Source: an uncultured bacterium (lineage in GTDB: Bacteria > Patescibacteriota > Minisyncoccia > UBA6257 > GWB1-50-10). Taken from it: a stretch of 64,000 nucleotides of DNA. Below are positions 59,298-64,000 of this stretch, one piece after another. The DNA is taken from the NCBI GenBank assembly GCA_963713955.1, contig OY970216.1, positions 570,252 to 634,251 on the forward strand, given 5' to 3'. The notes under the pieces are model-generated. The model had not been told where the DNA came from. It saw only the letters and a list, made by a program, of their open reading frames with translations, and made no database searches. Made by a program: the position numbers and the translations under genes. Every line of letters begins with the position of its first letter. Position 1 is the first letter of the stretch.

Positions 59298-60389
59298 CTA
59301 TCCATCACAGGGCGTAATCTTCAATCTCGGACCATCAGGTACTTCCTTATCGATGAGATCCCTCAATTCTTCGCCAGTCAAAGCGGAACCTGCGATATTG
59401 CCGCGTACGGTGAACAGTTTCCACACATCCCTCAACTTCGCCACCATAGCCATACCTCTTTCACGGCTAATTCCCTCAATGTCGAAATTTTTACCAAGGT
59501 AACGATGAAGCGTTGCCGGTGAAATTCTCTCTTCGCGGACCATTCTTGCTAAAAATTCCACCAGTTTTCGAGCATCGAGGTGATAACCAGGGTAGCGGTA
59601 AATATACAAATCTCTCCCTCTTCGATCCAAAGTTGGGATAGAATCGCCGAAGTCAAGGATTTTTGAGGCGGGAGTGAAAGCAATGGGATACTTATTGCCG
59701 TCAACCTCGACAGTCAAAGTGCTCTCAATGAACCTATCGATGATCACTCCGGTAATGTATCTGGCCTTCGTATTCCTCAAGTCTTCCAACATGTGACAAC
59801 TTATAAGCCCATAGCAAGCGGCGCTATGAGCGTGATGAGACGAAAGACTTTTAGACGAGGGTTCTTCTTCGTTGAGATAGAAAGGATCAATGCCGCACAT
59901 ACGCGAGCATCCAGGGAACACTTCGGTATAAGATTCACCGAGAGCACATAAGTATTCCTGAACGATGTCGGAGACTAGTCTGCCACCGTACTTGAATACA
60001 TCGAGTTCGCCAGCACCAGTTGGTACGCCGTCAGACGGGACAAGACGAATGCTAAACCATTCTTCTACGGGGGTTCCGTCGGCCGTTGAGTACATAACTT
60101 GAGCGGCGTAAATTGCCGACTTCACATCGAATTTATCAAGCGGCGGCCGGTCACCATAGATGTAATAGGACCCTCGCATGGAAAGCAAGAGTTCATAGAG
60201 AACATCATCTATCCATCGCTCGTCGTGAATACTTTTTATGCGGTATACGGAATATGTTTCACCGGGGGTTTGCCACACAGAAACAGGAGGAGGAAGTTCC
60301 TTGAGAAGCAATCTTATTTCGCGGGCATTAAGTTCCCGTGAAATGCTCTCTAGGGGATTTACTTCATTATCCAAGAATTTTATTTTCAT
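59298..60389 (-). CDS. Putative GNAT-fold N-acyl synthase (LuxI/FeeM-like); native 3' end replaced by IS3
   Basis: R..Y...DKFD..S, SIRLVP and CSR motif order; RBS GGAGG; last codons CDG* come from the IS. Confidence 0.5.
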   Translation of the reverse strand: MKIKFLDNEVNPLESISRELNAREIRLLLKELPPPVSVWQTPGETYSVYRIKSIHDERWIDDVLYELLLSMRGSYYIYGDRPPLDKFDVKSAIYAAQVMYSTADGTPVEEWFSIRLVPSDGVPTGAGELDVFKYGGRLVSDIVQEYLCALGESYTEVFPGCSRMCGIDPFYLNEEEPSSKSLSSHHAHSAACYGLISCHMLEDLRNTKARYITGVIIDRFIESTLTVEVDGNKYPIAFTPASKILDFGDSIPTLDRRGRDLYIYRYPGYHLDARKLVEFLARMVREERISPATLHRYLGKNFDIEGISRERGMAMVAKLRDVWKLFTVRGNIAGSALTGEELRDLIDKEVPDGPRLKITPCDG

Positions 60390-60398
60390 GGCTGCCTC

Positions 60399-61499
60399 CT
60401 AAGATTCTTCAGACGAAATTTCGACCACTTCGTCAACAGGCACACGAGGTGCATGAGGTGGTCGTGCTGTTCGCCCTTCCAAGGAGTACCCAAGTCGAAA
60501 GATGACTGTCGGTCTCCCCTGTTTCCAGAGTCGCATTTTAAGAGCAGTGTTCAGAATTGGTTCTTCTACCATAGCAGCATGCACCGAAAGATCCAGTCCC
60601 TCGAGTTCCGCTAGGAGCGCACATCGCTCGAGCGATCTTCCAGCAGAAACCCAAGAGGAAGGTTTATCCTCTGATGCACCAATAATTCCAATGAGGGGCG
60701 CTGAGAGAAATGTTTCTCGATCGCCGGCAGGAAAGGCGTCCGCAAGGTACGTGTCAAATTGACCGTCACCTAAAAGTGCGCGGTGAACTTTCTCCGCCAA
60801 CTCGTCGTCGAAGTCAAACGTCGCGCCGGGCATACATCTTCCTTCGAGAGTATCGTTTGGGCGAAGGAAATTACCCAACTCGTTCCGGAATTTCGTTAAG
60901 GCAACAACGGCGTTATCGGCAGCATACTGTGCTTCCGCCATCATGCCGCGCGTAAACCGGTCGGTTACGGCACTGAATGAACAACCAAATCGGTTCACGA
61001 TTTTCTTCATCTCCTCAACGAGGTTTTGCGGTACCTTTCTCCCTTCGTCAAATCTCTTGCGGTTCATGCGTCTTTGTTTCATCGCATTCATAATTTGAAC
61101 ATCGGAACCACCTTTCATTGTGGGATCACCAACCTGCACCGTTACAAAGGGTAAGGGGTAACCTTCCGTGCAAAGAGGATATTTCACAGAGCACCAAGAG
61201 CCATAGTGATCAGCCGCCGTGAGAAAATTTTCAAGAGTGCAACCGATACTTATAGCCGCTTGGCGACCCGTTTTGTCAGATGCGGGCAACACGAAGCGCG
61301 AATCAAGACAGATGTCGATGGTGTTCGTCGCCGGACGGACGACGAAACTCCATGGCTGAGTGTTATGACTACTCGCTGCAAGAATCGCCCACGACACAAG
61401 GTGTTTCAGAAACCGCTCCTTCGAAACCGCTTCGGTCAACGGTTCTATCTGCCAAGCGGCATAGTTGGGAGTTCTGGGTGTTGCATCTTCACGAAACAT
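60399..61499 (-). CDS. Acg-type nitroreductase-fold oxidoreductase
   Basis: LAASSHNTQPW, ISIGCTLEN, RRMNR, AGRSLER, FRLGY. Confidence 0.85.
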   Translation of the reverse strand: MFREDATPRTPNYAAWQIEPLTEAVSKERFLKHLVSWAILAASSHNTQPWSFVVRPATNTIDICLDSRFVLPASDKTGRQAAISIGCTLENFLTAADHYGSWCSVKYPLCTEGYPLPFVTVQVGDPTMKGGSDVQIMNAMKQRRMNRKRFDEGRKVPQNLVEEMKKIVNRFGCSFSAVTDRFTRGMMAEAQYAADNAVVALTKFRNELGNFLRPNDTLEGRCMPGATFDFDDELAEKVHRALLGDGQFDTYLADAFPAGDRETFLSAPLIGIIGASEDKPSSWVSAGRSLERCALLAELEGLDLSVHAAMVEEPILNTALKMRLWKQGRPTVIFRLGYSLEGRTARPPHAPRVPVDEVVEISSEES

Positions 61500-62724
61500 G
61501 GCTAACCTCCTTCGCTATCGCACTTTGGTCGAAAAATGTTCTTTCCTGCAACTCAAATCCAAGCAATGCTAACCCAATGTGCCGGGCTAACTCCGCCCCA
61601 GCTTTTGTAGCAGTAGAACCTAATTGAGGTAACCCTTTGAACATAGGTTGAATCTCTCGGACCACGGGAGGCCGGTCGCGTAATACAGGAGAGAGCCCTG
61701 GAAGCATCAACTGCTTGAATTCCGGCACGCTCAAACAATCTGTACCGACGATAGCAAGAAAGAGTTCCATAAAATCTTCCTGCTTATGCGTTCTGTGCCA
61801 GCGATCCAGTTTCTCGAACAATTTATCGTCCGATATACTGTTCCCCATGAGCGGAGGTGAATTATCAAGATCAAACCGCTGGACATCGATCTGAAAACAC
61901 TGCCCGAGGTCAGAAACCATAAAAACCGGAATCCTGAAACGACGAGCTACCTCACGGATATGAATTTTCATATCAAGATCGTCCATTTCCTCGACAATGA
62001 TCGTCGCGGGAGGCTCATTGCGAGCAGGGTTACCACCCACAAAGTCCTCTATGTTGTCGATATGGACTCCTTCGTTATAAACTGAGAATGTCATAAAGGG
62101 ATCCATTGATTGCAGTTCAAATGCAGTCGCTTCAGCTTTATTCAAGCCCATTTGCCGATACGTCAAGGGAAGACGATTTGCATTCGAAACGTGAAACGTT
62201 TTCGCATCAGCCAGTTTCATACCACAGGGATGCAGGTCTTCAAAAAGCACGCGAGCGACGTTCCCACCGAGACTACACCCGGCAATTGCGACCACGGGCC
62301 TTTCGAACTTCTCCCGTACATCTCTCCACGACAGTCTCATCTCAGGATCCTGATAGAGCGTCTTATTTCTGACGTAGAACGAGAGTTGATGCCAGCGCGG
62401 TGGCGCATATCTCACCACATCTCCGTTCCGTGGATACCATACAGAGACCCCGTATGATACGTCGTCTCTCTTGGATTTGAACAATTCATATTCCTTCACG
62501 AAATCGTCTTTGAATTCGGATCCAGGAACCAAGTCTTCCAAAAGAGACTCCATGGCAAAAGGTGCCATATCGTAGTAATGAGAAGGAGAAACCTTTATTG
62601 TCTCTTCTCTTCCGTCACTGTCCTTGAGATGAATAGACAATCCAGTAGATGGACTGCCAGAAACACTATCCGGCTCCAAGATGACCGGTGCTCCGTCGTA
62701 CGCAGCGTACAGTCTTGTTTCCAT
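61489..62724 (-). CDS. ThiF-family adenylyltransferase, Rv1355c-like
   Basis: VWYP, RN, AIAGCSLG, KLAD, SNANR, GLNKA, IVEEMD...K, IDVQRFD. Confidence 0.85.
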   Translation of the reverse strand: METRLYAAYDGAPVILEPDSVSGSPSTGLSIHLKDSDGREETIKVSPSHYYDMAPFAMESLLEDLVPGSEFKDDFVKEYELFKSKRDDVSYGVSVWYPRNGDVVRYAPPRWHQLSFYVRNKTLYQDPEMRLSWRDVREKFERPVVAIAGCSLGGNVARVLFEDLHPCGMKLADAKTFHVSNANRLPLTYRQMGLNKAEATAFELQSMDPFMTFSVYNEGVHIDNIEDFVGGNPARNEPPATIIVEEMDDLDMKIHIREVARRFRIPVFMVSDLGQCFQIDVQRFDLDNSPPLMGNSISDDKLFEKLDRWHRTHKQEDFMELFLAIVGTDCLSVPEFKQLMLPGLSPVLRDRPPVVREIQPMFKGLPQLGSTATKAGAELARHIGLALLGFELQERTFFDQSAIAKEVSHVS

Positions 62725-62874
62725 AACTAACCTTCCTTTCTTTGTCTTGTGTGGAATATGTTTATGAATTATGAAATTGTAAACAAGGGTCTCATCCCAC
62801 TACTATAATTAGCGTGACACGCGGAACCGCGCTTGTCAAAACAAGCATCAATCAGAAAATGGTATAATTAACAA

Positions 62875-63285
62875 ATGCCGGACCAAACAATCATTTCACT
62901 GAACGGGGCGACGATTCTCATTGCGGAGGATGACGCACTCGTCTCAAAGCTGTACGAAAAGAAAATCGAACTCTCAGGAGGAAAACCGATCGTCGCGGTC
63001 GACGGGGAGGACACACTCAAAAAACTTGAGAGTACGAAGATCGATCTCATTCTCCTCGACATCAAGATGCCCAAAATGAACGGCTATGAAGTACTCCGGA
63101 GAGTAAAAAACAACCCGGCAACGAAGGACATCCCAGTCATCGTACTCACGAGCCTCGAAACCCATCCGGAATATCTCGAGAAAACAACGGGCATCAAAGT
63201 CGACGAATATCTCATGAAAGCCGATACGTTACCCGACGAAGTCATACAGAAAATATCCGAACACCTCGGCGAGAAAAAAGGATAA
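62875..63285 (+). CDS. Single-domain response regulator receiver
   Basis: AEDD, LLDIKMPKMNG, LTS, conserved K. Confidence 0.92.
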   Translation: MPDQTIISLNGATILIAEDDALVSKLYEKKIELSGGKPIVAVDGEDTLKKLESTKIDLILLDIKMPKMNGYEVLRRVKNNPATKDIPVIVLTSLETHPEYLEKTTGIKVDEYLMKADTLPDEVIQKISEHLGEKKG

Positions 63286-63321
63286 ATGAGGAAAGGTCGG
63301 GGTACGCTTTTTTTCAAATCA

Positions 63322-63483
63322 ATGCCAAAAGCAAAAAAGAAAAAAACGACTAAAAAGACAAGGAAAGCCACGTCAAAGGCGGTATTGAAAAGCACGGCGT
63401 GCGATTGCGCCCTCGGCGTCTGCAGATGCAAGACCTGCGTCTGTACCTGCACCAACGGAAAGTGCAAGTGCGTCTGCAAGTAA
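63322..63483 (+). CDS. Lys-rich/Cys-rich miniprotein (metallothionein-like), 53 aa
   Basis: 10 Cys in the last 27 aa arranged as CxC motifs; basic N-terminus. Confidence 0.6.
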   Translation: MPKAKKKKTTKKTRKATSKAVLKSTACDCALGVCRCKTCVCTCTNGKCKCVCK

Positions 63484-63501
63484 CCGCTTCTTGTTTCAAA
63501 A

Positions 63502-64000
63502 ATGCAAAAAACCAGACTGGCGGTCGCGGGCGACGAAGGTTCCTTTTCCGAGGAAGCGGGGCTCGCCTACACCCAAAGAACCGGGCTCAAAACGAAGCTT
63601 GTTTTCGCGACTGACATGGAGGGCGTGCTTTCATTAGTCGAAAGGGGCGAGGTCAACTTGGGAATATTCCCGGTCGTGAACTCACGAGGCGGTCTCGTGC
63701 AAACCGCTTTCGAAGCAATGGGCCGCCATTTATTCGCAATCGTCGGCGAGGTCTGGCTCGACGTGCACCAATGCCTCATGACTCTGCCGACGATCAAGAA
63801 ATCGCAAATAAAGAGGATAGCGAGCCATCCCCAGGCGATTTCCCAATGCGAACGGTACCTCGCCAAAGAATTTAAAAACATGCCGCTCGAAGAGCGGGAA
63901 GACACGGCCAAGGCGGCGAGCGACTTGGCCTCCGGGCTTTTATCGAAAAGCACCGCTGTTATAGCCCCAGCCAAGTCTGCTCGCATCTACGGACTGAAAA
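63502..64000 (+). CDS. pheA: Prephenate dehydratase (runs off the window; not in ORF track)
   Basis: Hand translation MQKTRLAVAGDEGSFSEEA...FPVVNSRGG...SHPQAISQC...DTAKAA. Confidence 0.9.
   Translation, partial: MQKTRLAVAGDEGSFSEEAGLAYTQRTGLKTKLVFATDMEGVLSLVERGEVNLGIFPVVNSRGGLVQTAFEAMGRHLFAIVGEVWLDVHQCLMTLPTIKKSQIKRIASHPQAISQCERYLAKEFKNMPLEEREDTAKAASDLASGLLSKSTAVIAPAKSARIYGLK

Larger units (their letters stand above)
58151..59309 (+). mobile_element. IS3-family element A, copy 3 (1159 bp)
   Basis: Same TIRs and ORFs; no TSD. Confidence 0.95.

Noticed and set aside
60399-63483. TOMM/azole RiPP cluster with the Cys-rich peptide as precursor
   Set aside because: No YcaO, protease or exporter nearby; the ThiF is Rv1355c-type and the peptide is transcribed divergently

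Overview
Bacterial chromosome segment using the standard genetic code, most consistent with a Patescibacteria/CPR (Parcubacteria-like) genome. This assignment is an inference from the compact, often leaderless genes, the short UvrC and YchF, and the SFTLIELL-type pilin. Housekeeping blocks are uvrB-hpf-uvrA-patatin-uvrC, typA, fmt-def, ctpA-rplI-rpmA, a reshuffled dcw cluster (mraY, ftsW, murG, murC, with no murD in the window), gltX, scpAB and ychF. Accessory material comprises a ~13 kb variable region after tRNA-Gln(CTG), a complete LIV-type ABC transporter, one intact IS1595 with an 8-bp TSD, three apparently identical copies of one IS3 element, and one full plus one partial copy of a second IS3. 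None of the IS3 copies has a TSD and all sit next to truncated genes. Leading candidates for undescribed biology: (1) a ThiF(Rv1355c-like)/Acg-nitroreductase/LuxI-FeeM-like acyltransferase operon resembling oxazolone biosynthesis, divergent from a receiver protein, a Lys/Cys-rich miniprotein and pheA; (2) an NYN RNase gene facing a ~58-nt convergent small RNA with its own promoter, hairpin and U-tract; (3) a structured element bounded by sense and antisense copies of the tRNA-Gln T-arm; (4) 7-bp repeat arrays and palindromes inside housekeeping ORFs; (5) several promoter-driven structured ncRNA candidates. All calls are by eye; no searches or folding programs were run.
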